Shown in pieces: positions 27,672-38,461 of a DNA stretch of 64,000 nucleotides (the stretch's first letter is position 1; every line of letters begins with the position of its first letter). A program made the translations under genes and the position numbers. Source of the DNA: an uncultured Pseudomonadota bacterium (GTDB taxonomy: Bacteria > Pseudomonadota > Alphaproteobacteria > Rhizobiales > Xanthobacteraceae). Below the pieces are notes generated by a model, which was not told where the DNA came from, ran no database searches, and saw only the letters and a program-made list of their open reading frames with translations. The stretch covers positions 197,962 through 261,961 of the forward strand of contig CAVRYV010000012.1 of NCBI GenBank assembly GCA_963725555.1. The letters are read 5' to 3'.

Positions 27672-29440
27672 TCATGGAGCCTGGTCTGCCGGGACGGAAC
27701 CGCACGATCGCACTCGGCCGAGCCCGGCTCTCAAGATCGATCCGCGGCATCGGCATCCGGCAAATCCGCCTCGCCTGTGGGCTGGTGTTGTTTGCTTATC
27801 TGGTCAGCCATTTCCTCAATCACGCGCTCGGCAATATTTCGATGGATGCCCTGGCCATCGGCATCCATTACCACACCCTGTTCTGGCAATTTCTCCCCGT
27901 CGCATTGGTGTTTTATGCTGCCGCGCTGGTCCATGCCGGTCTCGGAATCTGGACGCTTTACCAGCGACGGCAATTCCACTGGAAAGCCATCGAGCCGCTG
28001 CAGCTCGTGCTTGGCTTGAGCGTCCCGGCGCTGATCATTTCCCATATCGCCGGCGTGCGGCTCGGCCACGCGCTGTTCGGACATCAGAAACTTTATCCGC
28101 AGGTGTTTTACGCCGACTGGATCGCATCGCCGCACAAGATGTGGCTGATGTACGCCACGCTGACGGTCGCCTGGATTCACGGCTGCATCGGGCTTTATTT
28201 CTGGCTTCGGATGAAGGCGTTCTACAAAACTGCTGCGCCCTTTCTGCTCGCTGGCGCGGTACTGATCCCGACGCTGGCTATGCTCGGTCTCTACCAGGGC
28301 GGACGTGCCGTCACCCGCGACAGCGATAGCGCCACATGGAAAGCTGACAATCTGTCGCAACGCCAGATCGGCACCGCGGCCGAACAGCGCGTGCTCGGAG
28401 ACATCGCGGATTATTTCCTGATCGGCTATCTCGGCCTGCTCGGAGCGGTTTTGCTGGCCAGAGGCGCGCGCGCCTTAAACGAACGTCGCGGCGGCATGAT
28501 TACTCTGTCCTATGGCAATGGCCGGACGCTCCGGGTGCCGAAAGGCCTCAGCGTGCTGGAGGCAAGCCTGCGCTATAATGTCCCGCATGCCAGCGTCTGC
28601 GGCGGTCGCGCCCGCTGCTCCACGTGCCGGATTCGCGTGATCGGAGATAGCGAATCGCTGCCGGCGCCATCCGAGCGCGAAGCGTTCGTGCTCGACCGGG
28701 TCGGAGCCGGCGATCCATCGATCCGTCTCGCCTGCCAGTTGCGCCCCATCGACGACCTGTCTTTCTTCCAGCTGTTTTTGCCACACGCGATGTCGGCCAA
28801 TGCGCACGCTTCGCACCCGCACCGCATCGGCCAGGAGCGCTATCTGGTCAGCATGTTCGTGGATATGCGCGGATCGACCCAGCTTGCGGAAAAGCAATTG
28901 CCGTTCGATACGGTTTTCATCGTCAACCGTTTCCTGACCGCGGTGTCGCAGGCGGTGATCGCCTGCGGCGGTCAACCCAACCAATTCGTCGGCGACGGAC
29001 AATTGGCGCTGTTCGGGCTCGCTACCAGCCCGACGATTGCCTGCCGCCAGGCGCTCAAAGCGGCGACCGCGATCGCGGCCAATATCGACGAACTAAACAA
29101 GTTTCTGGGCCATGATCTGCAAGAGCCCATCCGGTTCGGCATCGGCATTCATGGCGGCGAAGTGATCATCGGCAATATCGGCTACCGCGATCACATGGTG
29201 TTCACGGCACTCGGCGACGCCGTCAATGTCGCGGCACGGCTGCAGGACATGACCAAAAGCCTCGGATGCGAAGCGATCGTTTCGGAAGAGGTTCGCATCA
29301 GCGCTGGCCTGCCATCGGATGGTTTGCCCGAGCAGGAGGTAGCGATCCGCGGCCGCGCCGAATTGATGATGGTTCACCCGGTCGTCGACGCGAGAACCTT
29401 GTCGGCGCTGGTTGACGATGTGAACGTTGCCGCCGCCTAG
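27668..29440 (+). CDS. Membrane-bound class III adenylate/guanylate cyclase with 2Fe-2S domain (CyaC-like)
   Basis: His-bearing TM helices; CGGRARCSTC...RLACQ; FVDMRGST, FVGDG, GDAVNVAARLQ. Confidence 0.88.
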   Translation: MIMEPGLPGRNRTIALGRARLSRSIRGIGIRQIRLACGLVLFAYLVSHFLNHALGNISMDALAIGIHYHTLFWQFLPVALVFYAAALVHAGLGIWTLYQRRQFHWKAIEPLQLVLGLSVPALIISHIAGVRLGHALFGHQKLYPQVFYADWIASPHKMWLMYATLTVAWIHGCIGLYFWLRMKAFYKTAAPFLLAGAVLIPTLAMLGLYQGGRAVTRDSDSATWKADNLSQRQIGTAAEQRVLGDIADYFLIGYLGLLGAVLLARGARALNERRGGMITLSYGNGRTLRVPKGLSVLEASLRYNVPHASVCGGRARCSTCRIRVIGDSESLPAPSEREAFVLDRVGAGDPSIRLACQLRPIDDLSFFQLFLPHAMSANAHASHPHRIGQERYLVSMFVDMRGSTQLAEKQLPFDTVFIVNRFLTAVSQAVIACGGQPNQFVGDGQLALFGLATSPTIACRQALKAATAIAANIDELNKFLGHDLQEPIRFGIGIHGGEVIIGNIGYRDHMVFTALGDAVNVAARLQDMTKSLGCEAIVSEEVRISAGLPSDGLPEQEVAIRGRAELMMVHPVVDARTLSALVDDVNVAAA

Positions 29441-29749
29441 CATTTGCGCTGCGGTCAGACCGCGACAGATTCGATTTTCTTTTTGACTCGCTTCCGACCA
29501 AAGCAGCATCACGGATTCATTTTTCAAAAAAATTGGACAGGTGACAGAATGCGGTGGTTTATCGCGCTAAATGAACGCCAAACGAGCAAAAAGCGCGAAT
29601 GGGTAGCGATAATGTCGTTTTCAGCCGATATCCCGCTGTCGTTTAAGCTATCAAGCTTCGCCTATACCGCGTATCGTGCGCCCGTCGGACATGCCGGTTT
29701 GCGGGGACCGGCAGTTCGTTCTGGATTTTGATCCCGCGGAGACGACGTG

Positions 29750-29950
29750 ATGGCTAAAGGCACTGTGAAGTGGTTCAACGCGACCAAGGGTTTTGGATTT
29801 ATTCAACCTTCTAGTGGCGGAAAGGACGTTTTCGTTCATATTTCGGCGGTCGAGAAAGCTGGTCTTTCCTCGCTCAACGAAGGACAGACGGTTGAATATG
29901 AAGAGGTTGCCAATCGCGGCAAGACCTCGGCCGAGAACCTCAAGGTTTAG
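29750..29950 (+). CDS. cspA: Cold-shock protein
   Basis: [20 protein letters not shown]; long AT-richer 5' region. Confidence 0.95.
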   Translation: MAKGTVKWFNATKGFGFIQPSSGGKDVFVHISAVEKAGLSSLNEGQTVEYEEVANRGKTSAENLKV

Positions 29951-30322
29951 CGCCGAAGACGCGGTCCGCAACAGCGCACTCTCGGACCCAATCCGGGAGT
30001 GGGGCTTCCAGAAGATCCCCAAAAGATCTCGAAAAAATAGAGTGCATCAGGCAGGTGTGAGCACCGCTTCTGCACGCTTTCGAAACGGCGCAGAATGCGC
30101 TGGTTCGACGCGCCGGTCTTCCCCTCCTATATGTCCATCGTCATGACGTTGCGGCTTTCGGAAAGCGCGCCGTACCGTTCCGCGATTCTTGCATCGTCGC
30201 ACCCCAAGTCAAAAATCACGCGAAGCTGCCGCCGCGGTTTTGTGGTAGCAATGACGGCTGCATGATGGAGGATGGCGCCCCACGGACCTGCCGCCCCAAT
30301 AGCCTGCACTCCAAGAAACGCC

Positions 30323-33300
30323 ATGACGTCCGAGCCCTCAGCCTTACCCCCTTTCCAGGCGGCCTATGCACCGGACGATAGCGTCATGGCGGCCCGGCTT
30401 CTCGGAACCGCCAACCTGAGCGCTGCACAGGACGAGCGGATCGACCGCAGCGCGACCCGCCTGATCGACGCCATCCGCGCCACCGACGACAGGCTCGGCG
30501 GCGTCGAGGACATGCTTCGCGAGTTTGCGCTTACGACCAAGGAAGGCCTCGCGCTGATGGTGCTCGCGGAGGCCCTGCTGCGGGTCCCGGATGCCCGCAC
30601 CGCCGACCAGTTCATCGAGGACAAGCTCGGCCACGGCGACTTTGTGCACCATGAGACCAAATCCAGCGCGTTTCTGGTCAACGCCTCGGCTTGGGCGCTG
30701 GGGATGTCGGCGCGGGTGATTCAGCCTGGCGAAACCCCGCAGGGAACCATCGGGCGGCTTGCGAAGCGGCTCGGCGTTCCAGCGGTGCGGGCCGCCACAA
30801 GGCAAGCCATGCGGCTGATGGGCAGCCACTTCGTCCTCGGCGAGACCATTAAATCCGCGCTGGCGCGGGCGCGGCCGCATTCGACCGCCGCGTCGCGCTA
30901 TTCGTTCGACATGCTCGGCGAAGGCGCGCGCACCGCCGCCGACGCCGAGCGCTACTTCAACTCCTATGCCGCCGCGATCGAAGCCATCGGCCGCACCGCC
31001 GACGATCGGCCGCTGCCGGATCGTCCCGGCATTTCAGTCAAACTCTCGGCGCTGCATCCGCGTTTCGAGGCGTTGAGCCGGCAGCGGGTGATGACGGAAC
31101 TGGTTCCGCGGCTCGTCGATCTGGCGCGGCGGGCCAAGGCATTCGAGCTGAATTTCACGGTGGACGCAGAAGAAGCGGACCGGCTGGAACTATCGCTCGA
31201 CGTAATCGCAACAGCACTCGCCGACGCCTCGCTTGCGGGCTGGGAGGGCTTCGGTCTTGCGATCCAGGCCTACCAGAAACGCGCCGAGCCCGTGATCGAC
31301 TATGCCAATGAGCTTGCCCAAAGACTGGACCGGCGGCTGATGGTGCGGCTGGTCAAGGGTGCTTATTGGGACACCGAAATCAAACGCGCGCAGGAGCGCG
31401 GCCTCGACGATTATCCGTTATTCACCCGCAAGGCGATGACCGACCTGAACTACCTCGCCTGCGCGCAAAAACTGCTGACGCTCCGGCCGCGCATCTTTCC
31501 GCAATTCGCCACCCACAATGCGCTGACGGTCGCAACCGTTCTCGAGCTCGCGGGCAACGAAACTGGGTTTGAGTTTCAGCGCCTGCACGGCATGGGCGAG
31601 GCGCTCTACGCCCAATTGAACGCGGATCGTCCGAACCTGGCCCATCGGACCTATGCGCCGGTCGGCAGCCATCGCGATCTCCTGGCCTATCTGGTGCGAC
31701 GCCTGCTGGAGAACGGCGCCAATTCGTCCTTCGTGGCGCTCGCCGCCGACGACGCGGTGCCGGTTGCCACGCTGCTGCGACGCCCGGCCGCAATCATCGG
31801 CGCCGTCGCCAATGCGCGACACCCGAACATCCGCTTGCCGCGCGATCTCTATCTGCCGCAGCGGCTGAATTCGCGTGGCATCGAGTTCGGCGACCGCGCG
31901 GCGTTGAGCGATCTGGTTTCGGCTATCGCGGCGAGTAGCCCGGATGCCGGAGACGTCATTCAAGCTGATGCACAAATTGCGAGCGACGCGGTGGCGGCGG
32001 CCGGCGCAGGGTTCAGCTCGTGGAGCCGAATGCGGGCGCAGACCCGCGCGGAAATTCTGGAGAAGGCCGCTACCCTGCTGGAGCAACGCAGCGCGTCTTT
32101 CATCGCGCTGTTGCAACGCGAGGCCGGCAAGACGCTCGACGACGCGCTTTCGGAAGTCCGTGAGGCGGTTGATTTCTGCCGCTATTATGCCGCGTCGGGC
32201 CGCGAACGCTTCGGCGCGGACCAAATCATGCCGGGGCCGACCGGCGAGAGCAACGTGCTTGCGCTGCGCGGTCGCGGCGTGTTTATCGCAATATCGCCGT
32301 GGAATTTCCCGCTGGCGATCTTCCTCGGCCAGGTCACGGCAGCCCTGATGGCCGGCAATGCGGTCGTGGCCAAGCCCGCCGAACAAACCCCGCGAATTGC
32401 GGCGGCGGCCGTTCGCTTGTTGCATGAGGCCGGCGTCCCCGCTTCCGCGTTGCATCTGGTGCAGGGCGACGGAAGTATCGGCGCGGCGCTGGTCGCGCAG
32501 CCCCAAGTTGCCGGTGTCGTCTTCACCGGATCGACCGAGGTCGCCCGGTCGATCAATCGCACGCTGGCCGCCAAGGACGGCCCGATCGTGCCGCTGATCG
32601 CGGAAACCGGCGGCATCAATGCGATGATCGTCGATGCGACCGCGTTGCCCGAGCAGGTCGCCGACGACGTCGTGACATCGGCGTTCCGCTCGGCCGGCCA
32701 GCGCTGCTCGGCGCTGCGCCTGCTGTTCATTCAGGACGACGTCGCCGACCGCATGATCGAGATGATCGCCGGCGCGGCCCGCGAATTGCGGATCGGCGAT
32801 GTCAGCGACCCCGCGGTTCAGATCGGACCGGTGATCGATGCTGAGGCCAAGCAGCGGCTGGACGCGCATATCGCGCGCATGAAGGTGCAATCCCGCGTGC
32901 AATATGCCGGCACGCCGCCCGAAGGCAATTACGTGGCTCCACATATCTTCGAACTGTCGGATGCCGATCAGCTGACCGAGGAAATATTCGGACCCATCCT
33001 GCACGTGGTGCGCTACCCCGCCGACCGGCTTGACCGCGTGCTGCAATCGATTGAACGCTCCGGTTACGGACTGACGCTCGGCATCCAATCGCGGATCGAC
33101 GACACCGTCCAGCATGTGATCGACCGGCTTTCCGTCGGCAACGTCTATGTCAACCGCAACATGATCGGCGCCGTGGTCGGCGTGCAGCCGTTCGGGGGGC
33201 ATGGATTATCGGGCACAGGTCCCAAGGCCGGCGGCCCGAATTACCTGGCCCGCTTTGCGACGGAACAGACCGTAACCGTCAACACATCGGCCGCCGGCGG

Positions 33301-33331
33301 CAACGCGGCGCTGCTGACCGATTTGGAATGA
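30323..33331 (+). CDS. putA: Bifunctional proline dehydrogenase / P5C dehydrogenase (no N-terminal RHH domain)
   Basis: SFDMLGEG, RLVKGAYWD, QFATHN, ETGG, SAGQRCSA. Confidence 0.95.
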   Translation: MTSEPSALPPFQAAYAPDDSVMAARLLGTANLSAAQDERIDRSATRLIDAIRATDDRLGGVEDMLREFALTTKEGLALMVLAEALLRVPDARTADQFIEDKLGHGDFVHHETKSSAFLVNASAWALGMSARVIQPGETPQGTIGRLAKRLGVPAVRAATRQAMRLMGSHFVLGETIKSALARARPHSTAASRYSFDMLGEGARTAADAERYFNSYAAAIEAIGRTADDRPLPDRPGISVKLSALHPRFEALSRQRVMTELVPRLVDLARRAKAFELNFTVDAEEADRLELSLDVIATALADASLAGWEGFGLAIQAYQKRAEPVIDYANELAQRLDRRLMVRLVKGAYWDTEIKRAQERGLDDYPLFTRKAMTDLNYLACAQKLLTLRPRIFPQFATHNALTVATVLELAGNETGFEFQRLHGMGEALYAQLNADRPNLAHRTYAPVGSHRDLLAYLVRRLLENGANSSFVALAADDAVPVATLLRRPAAIIGAVANARHPNIRLPRDLYLPQRLNSRGIEFGDRAALSDLVSAIAASSPDAGDVIQADAQIASDAVAAAGAGFSSWSRMRAQTRAEILEKAATLLEQRSASFIALLQREAGKTLDDALSEVREAVDFCRYYAASGRERFGADQIMPGPTGESNVLALRGRGVFIAISPWNFPLAIFLGQVTAALMAGNAVVAKPAEQTPRIAAAAVRLLHEAGVPASALHLVQGDGSIGAALVAQPQVAGVVFTGSTEVARSINRTLAAKDGPIVPLIAETGGINAMIVDATALPEQVADDVVTSAFRSAGQRCSALRLLFIQDDVADRMIEMIAGAARELRIGDVSDPAVQIGPVIDAEAKQRLDAHIARMKVQSRVQYAGTPPEGNYVAPHIFELSDADQLTEEIFGPILHVVRYPADRLDRVLQSIERSGYGLTLGIQSRIDDTVQHVIDRLSVGNVYVNRNMIGAVVGVQPFGGHGLSGTGPKAGGPNYLARFATEQTVTVNTSAAGGNAALLTDLE

Positions 33332-33467
33332 TGGCGCGTCGCCGTGATGCTCACTTCACCCGTTGCGTCCGCTGCTAACATAGGTCAAATGGCATCGGAG
33401 CTTGATCGTTCGCAGCGATAATTCCGTCATACGCAAAACCAACAATAATCACGGGAGCGACCTCATC

Positions 33468-34673
33468 ATGGAAGATGGCATCTTCGAAGGCCTCAAAGTC
33501 CTGGACTGCGCGAGTTTCATCGCAGCGCCCGCGGCCGCGACCGTGCTGTCGGATTTCGGCGCCCAAGTGATCAAGATCGAACCGCCCGGATCCGGCGATC
33601 CCTATCGCAACCTGCCGAATTTGCCGGGCTATCCCGCCTGTGCGCACAATTTCGCCTGGCTGCTGGAGTCCCGCAACAAGAGGAGTCTCGCGCTCGATCT
33701 CAGCAAGCCGGAAGGCCAGGCGGTATTGCATCGTCTCGCCGCCGAGGCCGACGTCTTTATCACGAATTTTCCGCCGGCCGTGCGTGCCCGGCTCGGGCTG
33801 ACTTACGCCACGCTTGCCCCGCTCAACGAACGCCTGATCTATGCGTCCTTCACCGGCTACGGCGAAAAAGGCGAGGAAGCCAACAAGCCCGGCTTCGACA
33901 GCAATGCCTATTGGGCGCGCTCGGGCCTGATGGATCTGGTGCGCGCCGATACCAACATCGCACCGGCACGCTCGGTCGCCGGCATGGGCGACCATCCCTG
34001 CGCCATGGCGCTGTATGGTGCGATCGTCACCGCGCTCTACAAACGCGAGCGCACCGGCAAAGGCTCTCATGTGAGCTCGAACCTGATGGCCAACGGCATC
34101 TGGGCCAACGGCGTGCTCGCCCAGGCCAAATTATGCGGCGCGAAATTCGGCGAACGGCGTCCCCGCGAGCGCGCGCTGAACGCGGTGACCAATCACTACC
34201 AGTGCCGCGACGGGCGCTGGCTGATCCTCTCGCTGCTCAACGAAGACCGGCAATGGCCGACACTGGCCCGCTGTCTCGGACGGGAAGATCTGATCACCGA
34301 TGCCCGCTTCGCCACCACGCCCGACCGACACGCCCGCTCGTTGGAATTGATCAAGACCTTCGACGAGATTTTTGCCGGCAAGGATCTCGCCGAATGGCGC
34401 AAGATACTCGATGGCAACGGCCTGGTGTTCGGCGTGATCGGAATCCTCGACGACATTCCCCACGACCGGCAGATGATCGAGAACGAGGTGCTGCTGCCCT
34501 TCGAGGGCGACACCATGCTGACCATCAACAGCCCGATCTGGATCGACGGCAGCAAAAAGACCCAGCCGCGACATCCGCCGGGCGTCGGCGAACACAGCGA
34601 TGAGGTGTTGCGCGAGGCAGGATATGACGAGGCAGCGATCCGGCAGTTGCGAACCTCGGGCGCGGTGGCGTGA
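33468..34673 (+). CDS. CaiB/BaiF CoA-transferase
   Basis: FIAAPAAA, VIKIEPPGSGD, SRNKRSLALDL. Confidence 0.9.
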   Translation: MEDGIFEGLKVLDCASFIAAPAAATVLSDFGAQVIKIEPPGSGDPYRNLPNLPGYPACAHNFAWLLESRNKRSLALDLSKPEGQAVLHRLAAEADVFITNFPPAVRARLGLTYATLAPLNERLIYASFTGYGEKGEEANKPGFDSNAYWARSGLMDLVRADTNIAPARSVAGMGDHPCAMALYGAIVTALYKRERTGKGSHVSSNLMANGIWANGVLAQAKLCGAKFGERRPRERALNAVTNHYQCRDGRWLILSLLNEDRQWPTLARCLGREDLITDARFATTPDRHARSLELIKTFDEIFAGKDLAEWRKILDGNGLVFGVIGILDDIPHDRQMIENEVLLPFEGDTMLTINSPIWIDGSKKTQPRHPPGVGEHSDEVLREAGYDEAAIRQLRTSGAVA

Positions 34674-34735
34674 ACGGGTCGCGCAGGGTCCCGATCATGA
34701 TGGCTTTGAATTGAATCGATGTGGATGTTTTAGTT

Positions 34736-34762
34736 CACCTCTCCCCGCAAGCGCGGGCGAGG
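34736..34762. repeat. Short palindrome, CACCTCTCCCCG family
   Basis: cacctctccccgcaagcgcgggcgagg between convergent genes. Confidence 0.55.
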
Positions 34763-34799
34763 CAGTAGCCCGCCTCAACCTCAAATCATCACGCTCTGG

Positions 34800-34964
34800 C
34801 TAATTATTGTGAAGCAAAACCCAGCCGACCGCGGCGAGACCGATGACGACCGCCGCTGCGACCGCCCATGCGCTGACGCGGATATCGCCGATGGTCTGTC
34901 GGGTGCTTTCATTCTCGGCGATCTCGCGGTTTCGCATCTTGTTTTCTTTGTCTGTATCGCCCAC
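34800..34964 (-). CDS. Small single-pass membrane protein (54 aa), absent from the ORF track
   Basis: GGGAGG RBS, GTG start; MGDTDKENKMRNREIAENESTRQTIGDIRVSAWAVAAAVVIGLAAVGWVLLHNN*. Confidence 0.6.
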   Translation of the reverse strand: MGDTDKENKMRNREIAENESTRQTIGDIRVSAWAVAAAVVIGLAAVGWVLLHNN

Positions 34965-35100
34965 CGCCGGCCCTCCCACCCTAGCTGCTCCGACCGGTAA
35001 CCTAGCTCAGGCGACGGCTGCCGTCGATGGATCGTGTCCCGGACGCGCTGCTCCGCCGAGCCGGGCACGATGCAGGTGTGTTGACTCAACGCGAAGCCTG

Positions 35101-36663
35101 CTAGCGGCCCTTGACGAAACACATTCCCATTCGCGAGGCAGTACCGATGACTTGGCACGCGAGCCCCTCGGCGCAGGTCCACGACCGAAAACTCATGTCA
35201 TTGTCGGCGGCACTGGGCTTTTGTCGATAGCAATGTGCGCCCCAACCGTCGTCATATTCGGTTCCCGCGAGTTCGGTGCTGCCACGCAATTGCGGGCGGC
35301 TGGAAAACCCGCGTGAGTAATCCGGCGGCCGGCCATCGCGCAACGAAGTGAGGATATCGCGGCGCCTGATCTGGTCGCCGAAGAAATGCGGCGACGCCGG
35401 CACGGCCGTCGAATTGGAGGGTTTGGCCGCCATCCAGTCGACGCCCGGAAAATGAAAACCGCCAATGCTGCGGGTTTGATGGCAACCGGCGCAGGTGATG
35501 TCGTTAAGCCGGCGCGCAAAGCCTGCCAGCGAACGGATATTTTGCAGCCTGGCGCCGCGCTCAGCCGCCGTCTTCAAGGCCGCGACCACGTCACTTTGCT
35601 TGAATACCGCGTCGGCGCCGGTGTCGTCGCCCTCTATTAGGCCGAAGGCCGGTTGCAGTCCCGACGGCGTGAATCCCGCCGGTGTCGCGGCAATCGCGCC
35701 CGTGGCGAGAAACTTCTCAGGAATCAAAATCGTGCCGCGGTCCAGCTCACCGATATGTTGCGGAGCGAGCAGCCAGGCCCGGAAGTCGCGCTTGAGATTT
35801 TCATCCGCCATAATCCGATCGCGATCGATCTGGTTCTCAAGCGGCACCTGCACGAACGCCAGCATCGGCGCATCGTAGCGAAAGACCTTCAAGAGATAGT
35901 CGGTGCGAAAATCCCGGGTCGCCGATTTCGGCGTGTGCGCGACCTGAAGGTTGGTTTCGATCAGATCGATATTCTCAGACCCTATCAAATCGAGCGGGCC
36001 ATCCTTCGACAGCAATTGTTCTGCCAGCGCCGCGCCGGCGAGCGGCGAATCGCCAGCGGCGAGCCAGCGACGCGCGATCTCCGAACATGTGATCGTCACC
36101 CCGTTGCTGTCGATCGCCTGATCGCCTTTGGCCTTCAGCACGATGTTGAGCGTCATCGGCAGCCGCGGCGACGTCGCGCCATCGGCGGCTTCGGGCGCAT
36201 CAGTCTGCGTCAGGCGATAGATCAGCCTGATCTCACCGCAATTCGCTTCAGAAAGATAGGCGCGGTCCATCCGGTTGACGATGCCGGCCAGCACAAAGCG
36301 TAAATCGCGGGAATGAAGCAGCGCAGGGTCGAACAATTGAATGTCGTAAGAACTTCCAACGCCGATGGTTTTGCCGGGTTGATCCGCCTTGTGCCTTGCG
36401 ATGTACCGCTCGAACTCGTCGTCGAGCGCCTTGCGAATGGGAATCATCGACGGCAGTGCAAACAGCTGAGCATTGGTGATCGGCCCGTCAACCGATCTGG
36501 TCGGCAAGAGAACGCGGCCGAGGCCAAACCTTCCGCGATCGAGCTCGCGCAAGGCGAGCGGGTCGGTAATCGCGGTGCCGCGCTCCAGCGTCGCAGCGCT
36601 TCGCGCCTGGCAAAGCGGCACAACGCTGCAGAACAAAACAAGGATGGTGACCAGAAATCGCAC
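35101..36663 (-). CDS. Secreted 520-aa protein with one CxxCH heme-c motif
   Basis: Signal peptide; ITCAGCHQ; six further Cys in the mature part. Confidence 0.75.
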   Translation of the reverse strand: MRFLVTILVLFCSVVPLCQARSAATLERGTAITDPLALRELDRGRFGLGRVLLPTRSVDGPITNAQLFALPSMIPIRKALDDEFERYIARHKADQPGKTIGVGSSYDIQLFDPALLHSRDLRFVLAGIVNRMDRAYLSEANCGEIRLIYRLTQTDAPEAADGATSPRLPMTLNIVLKAKGDQAIDSNGVTITCSEIARRWLAAGDSPLAGAALAEQLLSKDGPLDLIGSENIDLIETNLQVAHTPKSATRDFRTDYLLKVFRYDAPMLAFVQVPLENQIDRDRIMADENLKRDFRAWLLAPQHIGELDRGTILIPEKFLATGAIAATPAGFTPSGLQPAFGLIEGDDTGADAVFKQSDVVAALKTAAERGARLQNIRSLAGFARRLNDITCAGCHQTRSIGGFHFPGVDWMAAKPSNSTAVPASPHFFGDQIRRRDILTSLRDGRPPDYSRGFSSRPQLRGSTELAGTEYDDGWGAHCYRQKPSAADNDMSFRSWTCAEGLACQVIGTASRMGMCFVKGR

Positions 36664-36830
36664 GCGCGGCTAATGTCCCGACCGATGCCGCGCGCGGAAA
36701 ACACCCTTCAAGGCATCCCGCGGTCCGCGACTTTCGGACTGGAAAGTAGCCGAAAAGCGGATCGACTGTCTCGCCGCAATCGGACGACAGTCGAACCGCT
36801 GCTTCACGTCGCAGTGAAGTTAGCCCACCC

Positions 36831-37839
36831 TCAGCGCGAGACGATCAGACCCTTGCTGGTCACGACCACCCAGCGGCCGTCCTGGCGCCTGATCGCATCG
36901 ATCCGACCGAGACCCGGCACCGGATCGCCGGCATAGACCTCGAACATGCCCTGGCGCCCTTCGATCAAGGCGCCACCATTGGCAACATCGCGCAGCGACC
37001 AACCTTCTACCGTCGGGAGCCTCGCCACTTCGACCTTGGGTGCAGCTGCCTGCGCTGAGGCCGGGGGCGAAATCGAGCCGGTGACTTCCTTCGTGGCGGC
37101 GGCCGGAGCTGCTGAAGCAGCCGGCGGCGCGGCGTGGAGCTTTTCCACGGCCTCGCTGAGCTTGGCAAGTTTGGCGGCGGGCTCGGCTTGCGCCTTCTCG
37201 ACCTTGTCGAGGCGTTCGCTGGTCTTGTTGAACTGGGCCATGCCGAGCTTGGTGGCGTGCTCGGCGCCGGTCTTCAGAGCCTGGATGTCGGCATCGAGCC
37301 GCGCCACCGACGCTTCGAGCGCGTGGTTGGCGATATCAGCCGTGTCGTCGCCGCCAGAATGCCCGAAGCTCGCGGTCGCCGCGGCGCCGCCAAGCGCGCC
37401 GGCCAACGCTGCCAGCGCGACCACTGCGGCAAGTGCGCCGAGCCGGCGCTTGCCGAACATTGCAGAATTCGGTTCGGATTGCGGCGCCGGGCCGGCGTCG
37501 TTGTCGAGCCAGGGCCGTTCGCCGGACATAATCATGATCCTGCCTGGCACGCGCGGCGCGTCCGCTTCCGGAGACCTTGGGACCGTCAGCCTTGTCGGCA
37601 TCAGCCTTGCGAGAATCGGCTTTCGCAAGTTCCGTCTTGGGCATTTCACCGTAACCGGCCTGCTCGGGCGCCAGCTTGGGAGAAACGACCTCGGCCGGTT
37701 CGGCCGTCGGTTCATGCATCGGTTCCTGCGTCGAAGCGGTTATGACTTCGCCCGGCGCATCGGATGAATTTGGAGCGGCCGGCCCGACGACGACGGAACC
37801 GGGTTCACCGCTGGTCTGCTCGGCGTTTTGTTCGCTCAC
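36831..37839 (-). pseudogene. Membrane-anchored P/A/E-rich and coiled-coil protein, +1 frameshift near 37575
   Basis: N-part in ORF 37336..37881 (GTG 37839 with RBS) joins ORF 36831..37715 at DGPK(V)S/PEADAPRVP. Confidence 0.7.
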
Positions 37840-38089
37840 GTTAAATTCTCCACTAAAGGTTGACCATTTGGTAACTTTCATTGCTTGCGAAATCGTTACC
37901 GGCCGCGGGCTTACGAAAATTTTAGGAAGTCATCGGGCCCGCGTTCAGCCCGTCACCCGTACCGCGACGGCGGTTCTGACCCGGGCCATGCTGCCCTGCG
38001 GTAGGGCTGACGTCCCCGATGTGTCGTTTGCGTTGCGGGATTTCCCGACTAACATGGCAACGCGGACCGGCCAGAAGGCAGGGGGTTCC

Positions 38090-38461
38090 ATGGCCATCGA
38101 AAAATGCATCAACGAATTTGATGTCGGCGACGTCATTTTCGAGGAAGGCTCGACCGGACGCGAGCTGTTCGTGGTGCTGGAAGGCAAGATCGACATCGCC
38201 AAGATCAACGGCGCCAGCAAGACCGTGATCGTCACGCTGGGCAAGGGGGAGTTCTTCGGCGAGATGGCGGTGATCGACGGCTCGTCCCGCTCCGCAACCG
38301 CGATCGCCGCCGCGCCGAACACCCGCGTAATGCGGATCAATCATGCCCGCTTCGTCTATCTGGTCAGTCAGCAGCCGGCATTCGCACTGATGATCATGGA
38401 TGCATTGAGCAAGCGGCTACGGGCATCCAATGCGGTCACCTTCAGGGCGCCCGCCCCATGA
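38090..38461 (+). CDS. Stand-alone cyclic-nucleotide-binding domain protein
   Basis: FFGEMAVIDGSSRSATA phosphate-binding cassette; no HTH; overlaps the next gene (ATGA). Confidence 0.88.
   Translation: MAIEKCINEFDVGDVIFEEGSTGRELFVVLEGKIDIAKINGASKTVIVTLGKGEFFGEMAVIDGSSRSATAIAAAPNTRVMRINHARFVYLVSQQPAFALMIMDALSKRLRASNAVTFRAPAP

Noticed and set aside
33387-33403. Sigma54-like TGGCATCGGAGCTTG
   Set aside because: -24/-12 spacing is off by one base, which is not tolerated by sigma54
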